DNA of 64,000 nt from Spirochaetaceae bacterium (lineage in GTDB: Bacteria; Spirochaetota; Spirochaetia; DSM-27196; PWMO01), in contig RECP01000069.1 in the NCBI GenBank assembly GCA_007693945.1, positions 1,718 through 65,717 on the forward strand. Reading direction: 5' to 3'. The notes under the pieces are model-generated. The model was given only the letters and a program-made list of their open reading frames with translations, made no database searches and was not told the origin of the DNA. Of this stretch, positions 44,337 to 54,868 are shown in pieces. The position numbers and the translations under genes are program-made. Position 1 is the stretch's first letter, and every line of letters starts with the position of its first letter.

Positions 44337-45014
44337 ATGATTTCTCACGGCGTAGTACGCGCACGCACGCTTCTCTCGGATCAGACGGCAAAGTCAGATG
44401 CGCCGCGGTGGTGTCTGGCGGAACTGTGCGGAAGGCTGTGCGAATTGGTGACGGGTTCAGCCGGTGTCGATGCCGGGTCTTCAGCGTTGCTTACTGCAGC
44501 CGCACAGCTGATGGCCGATGCCCAGCGCATGGGAGAGCCTGTCGCCTGGATTTGTGCTGCGTCGGCGCTGTTTTTTCCGCCCGACCTGCAATCAAATGGA
44601 ATTGACCTGCAGTCGGTTGCAATCGTACGCGTTGCGGACGCCCAGGCTGCCGCGCAGGCCGCAGATCAGTTGCTGCGCAGCGGCTGTTTCGGGCTGGTGG
44701 TTATCGATCTCTCTGCGGTTGAAGCAGCGATTGGCGATGCGGTTCTCGGACGGCTCGGCGGTCTGGCACGGACGCATCAGGCCGCAGTGCTGTTCCTCTG
44801 CAATCTTGAGCCCGTCACCACTCCTGCTGCAGCCGCAACTGCGGACGGCAACCGTTCAGGACTGGGTTCAATAGTATCGCTGCGGGCGCACGCCCGCAGC
44901 CGCGCGCTGACAACGGGACGGTTTTCGGTTGAGATAGAGGTATCAAAAGACAAACGCCGGGGTATAGTGTGGCGCTGGACGGAGACGTGCGATGGTCCGC
45001 CCGGCCTGTCTTAG
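44337..45014 (+). CDS. imuA: ImuA (RecA-like mutasome accessory protein)
   Basis: AQ..GEPVAW, FFPPDL...GIDL, LLRSG.FGLVVIDL and LGS.VSLR motifs; no intact Walker A; first gene of the imuA-imuB-dnaE2 order. Confidence 0.8.
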   Translation: MISHGVVRARTLLSDQTAKSDAPRWCLAELCGRLCELVTGSAGVDAGSSALLTAAAQLMADAQRMGEPVAWICAASALFFPPDLQSNGIDLQSVAIVRVADAQAAAQAADQLLRSGCFGLVVIDLSAVEAAIGDAVLGRLGGLARTHQAAVLFLCNLEPVTTPAAAATADGNRSGLGSIVSLRAHARSRALTTGRFSVEIEVSKDKRRGIVWRWTETCDGPPGLS

Positions 45015-46446
45015 CATCATCCAGTTTCCGCTGCAAATTCTGCTCAACGCGCACCCTGAATGGTCTTCACAGGCAGTTGTTGTTGTCAGCGAGGACACGC
45101 CGCTGGGCGTCATACTGGAGACCAACCGCGCAGCGCGTGAGGCGGGGGCACAGCGCGGAATGCGCTACTCCGTGGCGCTGACCGTGTGTCCCGCACTGCA
45201 GGCGGGAGTGGTCGGCGGCGACGTCCTTCAGCAGCAGATAGACGGGTGCATTACAGTGCTGTACCACTATACGCCTCACGTCGAAGAATGCTCGTTTGAT
45301 CCGGGCACATTCTGGCTGGACGCAAGCGGACTCGGCGCGCTCTACCATTCTCCGGCGCAGTGGGTTGCCGCCGTACGCCGCGCCATGCAGAAAATCGGCT
45401 TTTTCTGCCGTATCTGCGTTGGCTTCAGCCGGTTTGGAAGCTACGCTGGAGCAAAATCAGCTACCCGGCTTTTTCGCAGTTCGGCGCAGGAGCGGCGATG
45501 GGCACAATCAGCACCATTGACGCTGCTGCCGTTGCCACCAAGGGTGGAACAGCGGTTGGCTCAGCTCGGTATTGCAACCGTGGGTGATTTCTGTGCGTTG
45601 CCGCGCGACGGCATCCGTAACCGTTTTGGAATCGAAGCCGATACCGTCTACCGCTTTGCCGTAGAAGATGACACTGTTCCGCTGCAGGGGGACGTTCCAG
45701 CTGCGGAGCTGGCCGGCAGTACTCGGCCGGTTACGCCTGTAAGAGACCGTGCGCAGCTGCTTGCGGAGATCGAAGCGCTGCTGCTGGACCTGCTCTCGCA
45801 GACCATAGTCGCGGGACTCTATCTGCAACAGCTGACGATCGAGTTGAGCTTTGAGGACCATGCGCCACAGTACGAGGTGCTGCGTCCGGCAACCGCCGAG
45901 CGGGACGCGGCCGTCTGGCTGCGGCTGCTGCGGCTGAGGATGGAGGATCTGAACGTGCCGTCCGGGGTATCGCAGATTGCCTTGCAGGGCAGGACCGTCA
46001 ATTCTGCCGCAGCAGCGCAGACTGATCTGTTCAGCAGCAAGGTAAAACGTGATCCGGCTGCCGCAGCCCGGGTTTTTGCGCATTTGCGCGCGCGATTCGG
46101 AAACGGTGTGGTATGCCGGGTGGCACTGCAGCAGCAACACCGTCCGGACAGGCAGTTTGTGCTGCTGCCGCTCGATCGACCGGCACTGCCAGCGGCCGCC
46201 GCGGTATCCTCGGCTTTCGATGGAAAACGGCACTGCCGGCTGGTACGTCGTATCTATGACAGCGCTATTGAACTCAAGTCGAGAAGCCGCCTGCGGCCTG
46301 CAGCCGGCCCGTTTGTCGTGGCCGGCAGATGGTGGGAACAGGAATCTGAGCGGCACTACTACTACGCGTACTGCGGCAGGCGTATTGTGTGGCTCTATTA
46401 CGATAGCGGCACAAGGCGCTGGATGCAGCAGGGAACGGTGGAGTAA
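44992..46446 (+). CDS. imuB: ImuB (inactive Y-family polymerase)
   Basis: A...G...GM, TP.VE, WLD.SGL, L..LGI.TVG and C-terminal GPF...G.WW....R.YY motifs; lies between imuA and dnaE2. Confidence 0.85.
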   Translation: MVRPACLSIIQFPLQILLNAHPEWSSQAVVVVSEDTPLGVILETNRAAREAGAQRGMRYSVALTVCPALQAGVVGGDVLQQQIDGCITVLYHYTPHVEECSFDPGTFWLDASGLGALYHSPAQWVAAVRRAMQKIGFFCRICVGFSRFGSYAGAKSATRLFRSSAQERRWAQSAPLTLLPLPPRVEQRLAQLGIATVGDFCALPRDGIRNRFGIEADTVYRFAVEDDTVPLQGDVPAAELAGSTRPVTPVRDRAQLLAEIEALLLDLLSQTIVAGLYLQQLTIELSFEDHAPQYEVLRPATAERDAAVWLRLLRLRMEDLNVPSGVSQIALQGRTVNSAAAAQTDLFSSKVKRDPAAAARVFAHLRARFGNGVVCRVALQQQHRPDRQFVLLPLDRPALPAAAAVSSAFDGKRHCRLVRRIYDSAIELKSRSRLRPAAGPFVVAGRWWEQESERHYYYAYCGRRIVWLYYDSGTRRWMQQGTVE

Positions 46447-46449
46447 ATC

Positions 46450-49400
46450 GTGGCCTACGTTCCCCTGTGGTGCAAGAGCAATTTCTCCTTTTTGGCGGCT
46501 GCCAGCCATCCTGAAGAGCTGGTCAGGCAGGCGGCTGAACAGCGTTTGCCGGCAATTGCGCTTACCGACCGTAACGGTCTCTACGGCGTCGTTCGCGCGC
46601 ATATCGAGGCCAAAAAGCACGCACTCCAGCTGATTGTAGGTGCCGAAGTCAGCGAGCAAAACGGCGCCAGGCTCGCTCTGCTGGTGCAGAACCGTGAGGG
46701 CTATCGTAATCTGTGCCGGCTCATCAGCCGCGGACGGATGCGCCATCCTAAAGGCAGTTTCAGCGTCAGCTGTGCCGAGATTGCGGCCCACGCCGACGGC
46801 ATCACGGCCGTCTGGGTTGTCGGATTTGCTGAAGCTGAATCACGCCTGATAGAAGACCTGCACCACGCGTTCACAACGCGTCTCTACGCCGCGGTTGCAA
46901 GACACCGCAGCGACGCCGAACCGCGCACCGAGGGACTGATCCGCCGGCGTGCCCGACAACACGCGATTGAAACGGTTGCAGCACCCGAAGTCTTGTATCA
47001 TTGCCGTACGCGCAAACCGCTCTACGATGTGCTGCGCTGCATTGACCTTGGTGTACGCATCCACGAGGCGGGTACACAACTGCCGGTCAACGCCGAACAC
47101 CACCTGCCCGGCACGGCTGAGATCGACGCCTTGTATCAGAATTATCATAATGATGTACAAAAAAGTATGCATATCGCGGCGCAGTGCAGCTTTTCGCTGG
47201 ATGATCTGCGCTACCGCTACCCGGTGCAACGCGTTCCAGGGGGCTGCACCACCGCCGGATGGCTGCGCGCCCGTACCCTCGATGGTGCCCGATTGCGCTA
47301 TCGGGGTGCGGTACCCGCCGATGTAGCGCGCCAGTTGAAAAAAGAACTCGCGCTGATCGAGGAGCTTGATTACTGCGGATACTTTCTTACGATGTATGAA
47401 ATAGTGAATTTCTGCCGCCAAAACGCCATTCTGTGCCAGGGGCGCGGATCGGCGGCCAACTCGGCGGTCTGCTACTGTCTGGGAATCACGGCAATTGATC
47501 CGGTGCGTATGGGTCTGCTGTTCGAACGTTTCATCTCGCGGGAACGCGCTGAACCGCCCGACATCGATCTCGATATCGAACACAATCGGCGTGAGGAAGT
47601 GATCCAGTACGTCTACAACAGCTATGGCCGTGAACGCGCGGCAATGGTGGCCAACGTAGTGCGCTATCGTCCGCGGTCGGCGCTGCGCGAGGTCGGCAAG
47701 GTGCTCGGATTGCCGGCCACCGACCTCGACCGGGTTGCCCGCCTGTTGCCGCACCACGGCTCCGGCATTGAACATGCACTGTGTGACGCCGGTATCGATT
47801 CTCAGGCTCCACTGTACGCGCTGCTGATAACGCTGGTGCAACAGATCCTTGATACTCCGCGGCATCTTTCGATTCACCCGGGAGGCTTTCTGCTGGGAAG
47901 CGAGCCGGTCATCGATCTGGTACCGGTGGAAAACGCAGCCATGCAGCAGCGTACCGTGATTCAGTGGGATAAGTACGATATTGAAGCGCTGGGGCTGTTC
48001 AAGGTTGACCTGCTGGGCCTTGGAGCACTGACCCATCTCGATTACTGCTTTGCGTTGTTGAAAAAACACTATGGTAGCGAACTGTCGATGGCGACTATTC
48101 CGGCAGACGACAGTGCCGTGTTCGATATGCTGTCGCGTGGTGACACCATCGGGGTATTCCAGATTGAGAGCCGTGCCCAGATGGCGATGTTACCGCGGCT
48201 GCGTCCGCGCTCGTTCTACGATCTGGTGATCGAGATAAGCATTGTGCGGCCGGGTCCGATAACCGGCGGCATGGTGCATCCCTACCTGCAGCGGCGCAAC
48301 GGGGAGCAAGAGGTCTCCTACCCCCACCCGGACCTGATACCGGTGCTCAAAAAGACCCTCGGTGTACCGCTGTTCCAGGAACAGGTCATGAGACTGGCGG
48401 TAATCGCTGCTGACTATACTCCCGGCGAGGCCGATCAGTTACGCCGCGATATGGCGGCATGGCGCAGAAGCGGCGCTATCGAGAAACACGGGCACACAAT
48501 TATCGAACGCATGACTGCCAAGGGAATCGAGCGTGAGTTTGCCGAGGCGGTATTCGATCAGATCCGCGGCTTTGGCGAATATGGTTTTCCCGAGAGCCAC
48601 GCAGCCAGCTTTGCGCTGATTGCATGGTGCACGGCGTGGATGCGCTGCCACTACCCTGCAGTCTTCGCCTGCGCCCTGCTGAACGCCTGGCCGATGGGAT
48701 TCTATTCTCCGGCCACCATTGTGGAGGATGCCAGACGTCGCGGAGTTGAGGTTCTGCCGGTAGACGCTCTGAAGAGCGATTGGGACTGCACGCTTGAAGG
48801 ACCCTTGTATGCAATCCGGATGGGGCTTCGGTACGTCAAGGGCCTCAGCCAAGCGGCGTGGCAGCAGATCAAGACTACCCGAGAAGCCAGTGTGTCTACG
48901 GTAGCGCAATTCGTCAGAGTCAGCGGACTCGATGAAAAGAGCCTGGCAGCTCTGGCACAGAGCGGTGCTCTGGAATCGTTCGGCATCTCGCGCCGCGCTG
49001 CGTTGTGGCAGGTGCTGGACAGCCGCACCATAAAAACGGCAGAAGCCGGAACGGCAACGGAGTTGACGGCGGATGCGGTCGGGCATTCGACGTCCCATAC
49101 GGCGCCGCGGTTTCGCCCGCTGGCGGAGCAGGAACTGATTCGCTGGAACTACGATCTGACGCGCCACAGTACCGATGGCCATCCGATGGCGCCCTTTCGG
49201 CAGGCACTGCGGCGACAATCGCTGCCTTCGGCGGTGGAATTAAGACGTGCTGCCGCGGGCAGTGCGGCCTCGTTTGCAGGTCTGGTGATCTGCCGGCAAC
49301 GCCCGAGCACCGCCGGCGGCACGTTGTTCCTGACGCTGGAGGATGAGACCGGTTTTGTGAACGTTGTGGTGTGGAAGCACTACTTCCGGCAGTACCGGGC

Positions 49401-49542
49401 GCTTTTGCTGACACAATCGATGCTCGGGGTCAGCGGAACGCTGCAGACCCGGCAAGGCGTAACGCACCTGATTCTGCGTTCATGCTGGATCCCCTCTCTG
49501 CCTGGAAGAACTCCGCAGGTCGCAAGCCGTGATTTCCGTTGA
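46450..49542 (+). CDS. dnaE2: Error-prone DNA polymerase DnaE2 (ImuC)
   Basis: SNFSFL..ASHPEEL, GRGSAANS, PPDIDLD, FKVDLLGLG, FQIESRAQ, YGFPESHA, F.TLEDETG and terminal SRDF motifs. Confidence 0.95.
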   Translation: MAYVPLWCKSNFSFLAAASHPEELVRQAAEQRLPAIALTDRNGLYGVVRAHIEAKKHALQLIVGAEVSEQNGARLALLVQNREGYRNLCRLISRGRMRHPKGSFSVSCAEIAAHADGITAVWVVGFAEAESRLIEDLHHAFTTRLYAAVARHRSDAEPRTEGLIRRRARQHAIETVAAPEVLYHCRTRKPLYDVLRCIDLGVRIHEAGTQLPVNAEHHLPGTAEIDALYQNYHNDVQKSMHIAAQCSFSLDDLRYRYPVQRVPGGCTTAGWLRARTLDGARLRYRGAVPADVARQLKKELALIEELDYCGYFLTMYEIVNFCRQNAILCQGRGSAANSAVCYCLGITAIDPVRMGLLFERFISRERAEPPDIDLDIEHNRREEVIQYVYNSYGRERAAMVANVVRYRPRSALREVGKVLGLPATDLDRVARLLPHHGSGIEHALCDAGIDSQAPLYALLITLVQQILDTPRHLSIHPGGFLLGSEPVIDLVPVENAAMQQRTVIQWDKYDIEALGLFKVDLLGLGALTHLDYCFALLKKHYGSELSMATIPADDSAVFDMLSRGDTIGVFQIESRAQMAMLPRLRPRSFYDLVIEISIVRPGPITGGMVHPYLQRRNGEQEVSYPHPDLIPVLKKTLGVPLFQEQVMRLAVIAADYTPGEADQLRRDMAAWRRSGAIEKHGHTIIERMTAKGIEREFAEAVFDQIRGFGEYGFPESHAASFALIAWCTAWMRCHYPAVFACALLNAWPMGFYSPATIVEDARRRGVEVLPVDALKSDWDCTLEGPLYAIRMGLRYVKGLSQAAWQQIKTTREASVSTVAQFVRVSGLDEKSLAALAQSGALESFGISRRAALWQVLDSRTIKTAEAGTATELTADAVGHSTSHTAPRFRPLAEQELIRWNYDLTRHSTDGHPMAPFRQALRRQSLPSAVELRRAAAGSAASFAGLVICRQRPSTAGGTLFLTLEDETGFVNVVVWKHYFRQYRALLLTQSMLGVSGTLQTRQGVTHLILRSCWIPSLPGRTPQVASRDFR

Positions 49543-49626
49543 CCGCCGCCAGCCTGTACTCCGCCGGAACGGCTGCGGCTGAGGTTGAAGCGGCGCCTGG
49601 TATTCGAACTGCACGCCACCTCGATC

Positions 49627-50772
49627 CTATTGCACCCGGACCGCCGTCTCATCGTCCCTCGGCACCAGATCCAGCTCTCCGTCCCGGTCTCCGGTCGCGG
49701 CCGGCATCAGTTCCGGAATCAGCACCTCGCGAATATAGCCGCGCGGATCATCCGGCCTGGCGCGCACACGGTGAAGCAGGCTGATCGTCGCCGGCAGGTC
49801 GCCGCCGACGGCGTAGAAGAGCTCGTACAGCAGGCCGATCTCGCCGGTATAGGTTGTGTACAGATCGAGCAGGGCGTTGTTGATCGGCAGGCGACCGAAG
49901 TTGCGAAACGTCTCTGTAGCAAACAGTGAATCGTAGTTCTTCACGAAACTGTAGCGAAAACCCTCGATAGTGCGTTCCTTGGCCACCAGCATCTCGGCCG
50001 GATCGATCCCGGAACGGTAGAGCTGATCGAGCTCACGGCGCAAATCCGCAACCATCGCGCGGAAGCGCTCGCGATCCTCTCGAGCGGCGAGCGCGGTACG
50101 GTACTCCTCGGAATCCCGACCGTAGCGTGATCGCAGGTAGAGCAGTGCACCCTGATGCTCGACAAAGACCGCCAGCTCCTCATTGAACTGAACCTGGTCA
50201 CGCAGCCAGATGGTGGAATGCGTCTTTTCGTGGAAGATCAGCGACGCCAGTCGATACGTGCCGTAGTCGGCCATGAAGGAGTACAGCGGGTCACCGGCAA
50301 CGCCCAGCAGACTGAACGCGTGCACGCGGCGCACCATCACATCCCAGCCGGCATTCCGCAGTCGTTCGGCTTCACGCTCAGCATGTTGCACCGAAAAGAA
50401 ACCGCGGTACGGTGCGCGGCCGAAAAGCGGATACTCCCAGTAATAGCGCTGAAACGACAGGCGGCCGGCCGCCGATACCACGGTTACGATGTAGTCCTTG
50501 TCCGTGCGAACATAGCGCGTAAAATTGCGGTCGCCGGCCAGACCGAGCTGCTGCTCGGCAAACGCGCGAATACTGGCCGTGGCTTCAAACAGCCCCGTCG
50601 TACGTTCATCGGTGTACGGCGAAAACCGGACACGTTCTACCGGCTCGGAACGTACGAGCAGACTCAGAAGGTACGCTCCCTCGCGCACAAGGTAGCCACC
50701 GTCCCAGGCGGCCACAAACAGCGCCGGGACCGTCAGCGCCAGAAGGAATCCCGCTGTGTAGGCGCTACGCAT
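49627..50772 (-). CDS. Putative secreted zinc aminopeptidase
   Basis: IR.FA...LGL, PYRGFF, IFHEKTH (HExxH), FNEELA and INNA.L motifs. Confidence 0.8.
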   Translation of the reverse strand: MRSAYTAGFLLALTVPALFVAAWDGGYLVREGAYLLSLLVRSEPVERVRFSPYTDERTTGLFEATASIRAFAEQQLGLAGDRNFTRYVRTDKDYIVTVVSAAGRLSFQRYYWEYPLFGRAPYRGFFSVQHAEREAERLRNAGWDVMVRRVHAFSLLGVAGDPLYSFMADYGTYRLASLIFHEKTHSTIWLRDQVQFNEELAVFVEHQGALLYLRSRYGRDSEEYRTALAAREDRERFRAMVADLRRELDQLYRSGIDPAEMLVAKERTIEGFRYSFVKNYDSLFATETFRNFGRLPINNALLDLYTTYTGEIGLLYELFYAVGGDLPATISLLHRVRARPDDPRGYIREVLIPELMPAATGDRDGELDLVPRDDETAVRVQ

Positions 50773-50775
50773 ACA

Positions 50776-51846
50776 CTACTCTCCAATCACGGACTCGACG
50801 CGTTCCAGGCGGTAGTTGTCATCGATTACGCGAAAGACCGCGGCAACACCCGCAGTAACATAGATGCTCCGGTCTTCGGTCACAAATATTCCTTCGACGT
50901 CCGGCATCGCTTCGAAGATCCGCAGTCCCTCTTCCAGTCCCGCGACGTAGCCGGCGGTGGAAAAGACGTCAGCCAGCATCGCGTCGTCCGCAATAGCGGT
51001 AACACTGGTCAGCGTGTTGCGCGCCGGACGACCGGTCCCGATGTCAAATAGATGGTGGTAGCGCTGGCCGTCCTGGATGAAGAAGCGTTCATAGGCGCCT
51101 GAGGTCACTATCGCGTTATTGCTGGACTCGATGATACCGATGATGCTGCCGCGTCCGGTCTCCGGACTCTGAAGTCCGATGCGCCACGCGTCGCCGTCGC
51201 GCCGTACGCCGACGGTGAAGATATCCCCACCGAAATCGAGTACCGCGTGCTGAACTCCGGCCTCTGCCAGCAACCGCGCTGCCTCTTCGACCGCATAGCC
51301 CTTGGCCACACCACCGACGTCAATCGCCATACCCTCGCGGGGCAAGTAGACCGTCCGCCGTTCAAAATCCAGCTCGATCCGCCGGAAATCAATCAACGGC
51401 AGCACGGCATCGATCTCTTCCTGCGAAGGCACCGTCTCGCGCGGTGTCCCAATACCCCACAAAGCTACTAACGGTCCGACGGTTATGTCAAAGGCTCCGT
51501 TAGATGCCTCTCCGAAGCGGATGCCGGACTCGATGACCGTAAACGTATCATCCGAGACCGCTACCGGCTTGCGCCCGGCGGCACGGTTGATCCTCAACAC
51601 TTCGGTATCGTCGTAGTTGGACTCATTAATGCTCATCAGGGCCTCGATATCGGCAACACGCTCGAAAACCCTGTCAAATATGCCGCGCGGCAGTCTGCGG
51701 TCGTGTATGGTTATGGTCGATGTGGTTCCCAGAATCAGCCGACTCTCGCGGTGGGGAGTATTCCGGCCGCAGGCCGCGAGCAGCATCAGCAGGACAATGC
51801 TTGCAGCTCCGGCGCGCAGAACCTGACCAGCACTTGTGCGCTTCAT
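50776..51846 (-). CDS. apbE: FAD:protein FMN transferase lipoprotein
   Basis: Lipobox LAAC, GAFDITVGPLV.LWG, DVGGVAKGYA, TSG.YERFF..DG.RYHH and AD..STA motifs. Confidence 0.93.
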   Translation of the reverse strand: MKRTSAGQVLRAGAASIVLLMLLAACGRNTPHRESRLILGTTSTITIHDRRLPRGIFDRVFERVADIEALMSINESNYDDTEVLRINRAAGRKPVAVSDDTFTVIESGIRFGEASNGAFDITVGPLVALWGIGTPRETVPSQEEIDAVLPLIDFRRIELDFERRTVYLPREGMAIDVGGVAKGYAVEEAARLLAEAGVQHAVLDFGGDIFTVGVRRDGDAWRIGLQSPETGRGSIIGIIESSNNAIVTSGAYERFFIQDGQRYHHLFDIGTGRPARNTLTSVTAIADDAMLADVFSTAGYVAGLEEGLRIFEAMPDVEGIFVTEDRSIYVTAGVAAVFRVIDDNYRLERVESVIGE

Positions 51847-51913
51847 ATTTCCCTATACCACAACCTGACCTTTGATTGCAATTGATCCGGGTGCTGCGCT
51901 ATATTGCAGTGCA

Positions 51914-52708
51914 ATGAGTGTAGTACAGGCTGTTTTACTTGGCATCCTGCAGGGCATCAGTGAGTTCATCCCCATTTCAAGTTCCGGTCACCTGGTGGTT
52001 GCGCGTCACCTGATGGGGCTGGGTGAAATCCCGATTCTTTTTGATGTGATCCTGCACATCGCGACGCTGATCGTAATTGTGTTCGTGTTCCGGGAGCGTA
52101 TCGGGCGAATGCTCGTATCGCTGTTGCGATGGGCAATGCGCCGTTCCGACGAAAGCGATGCCACGGATCTGCGTCTGGCACTACTGGTGATCATTGCCAC
52201 CGCGCTTACCGCCGTCATCGGTCTGGTGATCGCAGAACTGGATCTGGCACGCTATCCCCGCCTGGTGGCGCTGTTGTTCATTGTGACCGGTGTTGTGCTG
52301 TTTGTCTCGCGCTATCTGCACGGCAGACTGGGTTATGATCAGCTCGGCACGCGCCACGCCGTGATCACCGGCATCGCGCAGGGCCTGGCGGTGCTGCCCG
52401 GCATTTCGCGATCCGGCATCACCATTACCGCGGCGTTGGCGTCCGGGATCGACCGCTCACGTGCCGGGGAGTTCTCCTTCCTGATTTCGGTGCCCGCGGT
52501 TCTGGGAGCACTTGTACTCACGCTGCGTGACTTGAGTGACCTGACTACGGCAGTCAGCGCGGCGGCCATGGCGGCCGGCTTTGGAGCGTCGTTGCTGGTC
52601 GGTTTTGTGTCGCTGCTGCTGCTGCTGAGGCTCATCAAGGGCGGCAAACTGTATCTGTTCTCGTTCTATCTCATACCACTTGGCGTTCTGGGGTTGATAC
52701 TTCTTTGA
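51914..52708 (+). CDS. uppP: Undecaprenyl-diphosphate phosphatase
   Basis: QGISEFIPISSSGHL, PGISRSG.TI and EFSFL motifs. Confidence 0.95.
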   Translation: MSVVQAVLLGILQGISEFIPISSSGHLVVARHLMGLGEIPILFDVILHIATLIVIVFVFRERIGRMLVSLLRWAMRRSDESDATDLRLALLVIIATALTAVIGLVIAELDLARYPRLVALLFIVTGVVLFVSRYLHGRLGYDQLGTRHAVITGIAQGLAVLPGISRSGITITAALASGIDRSRAGEFSFLISVPAVLGALVLTLRDLSDLTTAVSAAAMAAGFGASLLVGFVSLLLLLRLIKGGKLYLFSFYLIPLGVLGLILL

Positions 52709-53529
52709 GACGCCGGGCGATTCCCGCGGTGCTGATCGGCGTGCTTCTGTACGGTGCGTGCATGGTGGTGCCGCCGCCTTCGCAGCTGACCGCCGAGCTG
52801 TCACCGGCTGTTGACGACACCGAACTCTACCGGCTGTTCCAGATGTGCCGCGCGGCGTGGCGCGAGCGCACCGAGTATCGCAATACCGATTGGACGCTGA
52901 ACTACCTCGCTGATCAAGAGACCAACACGCTGGTACTTATTATCGAGGAGCGGCACACCCTGTTTGTGGTGTTCCGCGGCAGCCAGATGCGCCGCAGCGA
53001 GATTGACCGCCGATTCAACACAATGATCGTGCGGCGCAAGCCGCGGTTCGGTCGTCTTCCGCCGAATGCGCGAACCCACATCGGCTTCAGTACCAAATAT
53101 CTTGGCGTTCGTGAACAGGTGAAGGAGGCCGTTTCAGGTTCCACCGCGCGGCGGATTGTAACCGTCGGCCATAGCGCCGGCGGAGCGCTGGCCACGCTGG
53201 CTTTTGTTGACCTGCTTGATCTCGAACCGCAGCGCATGGCGTACGCGGTGACCTTCGGGGCGCCGCGAGTGTTCAATCGCGCCGGCGCACGAGCGCTGAA
53301 GGAGTACCGGCAGCGGATTATCCGGGTGGTGAACGGTGCCGACATTGTTCCCCGTTTGCCGTCAGTGCTGCTCGGTTATCGACACGTCGGTCAGGTTATT
53401 GAAATCAGTCACGACACCGGTCTGCGCTTTGCCTCGCAGCACGATCATGACATCGGTTACGAATCTGCTCTGCGAGAACGAGCCCGTGCCGCGGGAGCCG
53501 ACGCGCAGTTTTTCGCGCCTTTTGAATGA
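52705..53529 (+). CDS. Class 3 lipase family protein
   Basis: VVFRGS, H.GF, GHSAGG nucleophile elbow, TFGAPRV, RVVN..DIVP.LP and Y.HVG motifs; signal or lipobox-like N-terminus. Confidence 0.88.
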   Translation: MRRRAIPAVLIGVLLYGACMVVPPPSQLTAELSPAVDDTELYRLFQMCRAAWRERTEYRNTDWTLNYLADQETNTLVLIIEERHTLFVVFRGSQMRRSEIDRRFNTMIVRRKPRFGRLPPNARTHIGFSTKYLGVREQVKEAVSGSTARRIVTVGHSAGGALATLAFVDLLDLEPQRMAYAVTFGAPRVFNRAGARALKEYRQRIIRVVNGADIVPRLPSVLLGYRHVGQVIEISHDTGLRFASQHDHDIGYESALRERARAAGADAQFFAPFE

Positions 53530-53564
53530 TGCTCGCCGCTACAGTGCCCGGCAGGAGGAGGATT

Positions 53565-54097
53565 GTGTTGCATGCCGCCAATCTGGTACGCACCTACTCG
53601 ATTGTTGCCATTGACCGTCGGCGTGAAGAGATGGGTTGTACGGTTCAGCCGCGCTTCTTTGCGGTTGGCGTGCTCCGCCTCCGGGCGGAGCCGAGGATTG
53701 GCGTAGTGGCAACCCAGGCAATGGTTGTAGTATCCACCGGCACGGGCGGTGATTTCCACACTCGCCATCACGTCAATCTGCGTGTCGAGGATCAACCCCA
53801 GCCGCTGCTGGAGCTAAGCGCCTGCGGCGCTTGCGGGAAGCCTGCGACCACGTCAATCGCGGAGATGCGGCCATGGAACAGGCAGCCATAGAATGTGCGC
53901 TGCAAAAGTATTCCTCCGCGCGGCAGCTGGTACCCGAAATCCTGGAGTTACGGTACCGGCACGCAGTGGCTCCGGCCGACGGCGGGCGAGTACATGACGG
54001 CTGCAGGCTGTTCAGCGAGGTCTTCAAAGCCGAGCCTAGCTGGCCAGAGTTGACCCGGCGTCAATGCTCGTCCGCGCCGCTGTGGGCGTGGCCGTGA
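53565..54097 (+). pseudogene. DUF1028 (Ntn-hydrolase-like)/TPR gene remnant
   Basis: TYSIVA.D....EMG..VQ..FFAVG......E..IG.VATQA and LRVEDQPQPL.EL in one frame; a TPR-like tail (GD.AME...AL..YS.A..L.P...EL.Y.HAV) in another; the central part is missing. Confidence 0.65.
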
Positions 54098-54543
54098 TCG
54101 ACTTCTTCCGCGGTTGCTTCACGGACATCGGCTACTGCTACATCAAAGTGCAACGTTTGCCCAGCCAGCGGGTGATTGGCATCCAGCGTGACGTCATCGT
54201 CGCCGATGCCCTTGATAGTCAGCACCTGCACCGCGCCGTCGGCTGTCTGTGCCTGAACCTGTGATCCGACCTCGATGATCGACGGGTCCTGAAAGCGGTC
54301 CTTGCCGACTGCAAAAACGAGGTCTTCGTTGTACTCACCGTAGCCTTCATCAGGCTCAACGGTTACCGAAAGCGCGTCCCCGGCAGTCCTGCCGTGCAAT
54401 GCCTTCTCCAGACCGGGGATGATCGATCCGCTACCGTAGAGAAATGAGAGCGGCTCACGATTCTCCGAACTGTCAAGAACTGTTCCGCTGTCGTCCTTGA
54501 GCGTATAGTCGATGCTCACAACTGTCTTTTCGCGAACGTTCAC
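54061..54543 (-). CDS. slyD: FKBP-type peptidyl-prolyl isomerase SlyD
   Basis: VVSIDYTL, G...IIPGLE.AL, LDANHPLAG.TL.F.V and REAT.EE..HGH motifs; AAGGAG RBS. Confidence 0.95.
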   Translation of the reverse strand: MNVREKTVVSIDYTLKDDSGTVLDSSENREPLSFLYGSGSIIPGLEKALHGRTAGDALSVTVEPDEGYGEYNEDLVFAVGKDRFQDPSIIEVGSQVQAQTADGAVQVLTIKGIGDDDVTLDANHPLAGQTLHFDVAVADVREATAEEVDHGHAHSGADEH

Positions 54544-54660
54544 AGTATTCTCCTTAAAAACGTGACGGGCGAGAGCCGTTATGATGGCGGATAAGGCTCA
54601 TTTCCTCTTAGGGTAACGCCGTTGGCACAAGAAGGCAAGGCAACACGGGCAATCAGGAGC

Positions 54661-54808
54661 GGGACAGCCTCGATTCGCATTCTGACCGTGTAGCGGCTCG
54701 GGCGCCCTGGGTTGTTTGTCTGCAGCAGTGAAGTCAGGCGCCGCTTCTGTCTGTACGGAGGTACGGAGTCGGTTGGTATAAATATGACTGTGCGCCTGCC
54801 GTCAGAGT
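54661..54808. repeat. Intergenic palindromic repeat element, copy 4 (long left arm plus start of core)
   Basis: Matches the reverse complement of 21920-22026 over ~100 nt (e.g. TGTCTGCAGCAG.GAAGTCAGGCG), then continues like 21811-21840. Contains a tandem GTACGGAG duplication. Confidence 0.8.
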
Positions 54809-54868
54809 CTATTGACAATCCGACAAACAAAACCGACTATTGTACCCGCCATTATGACGGAGGAACGT

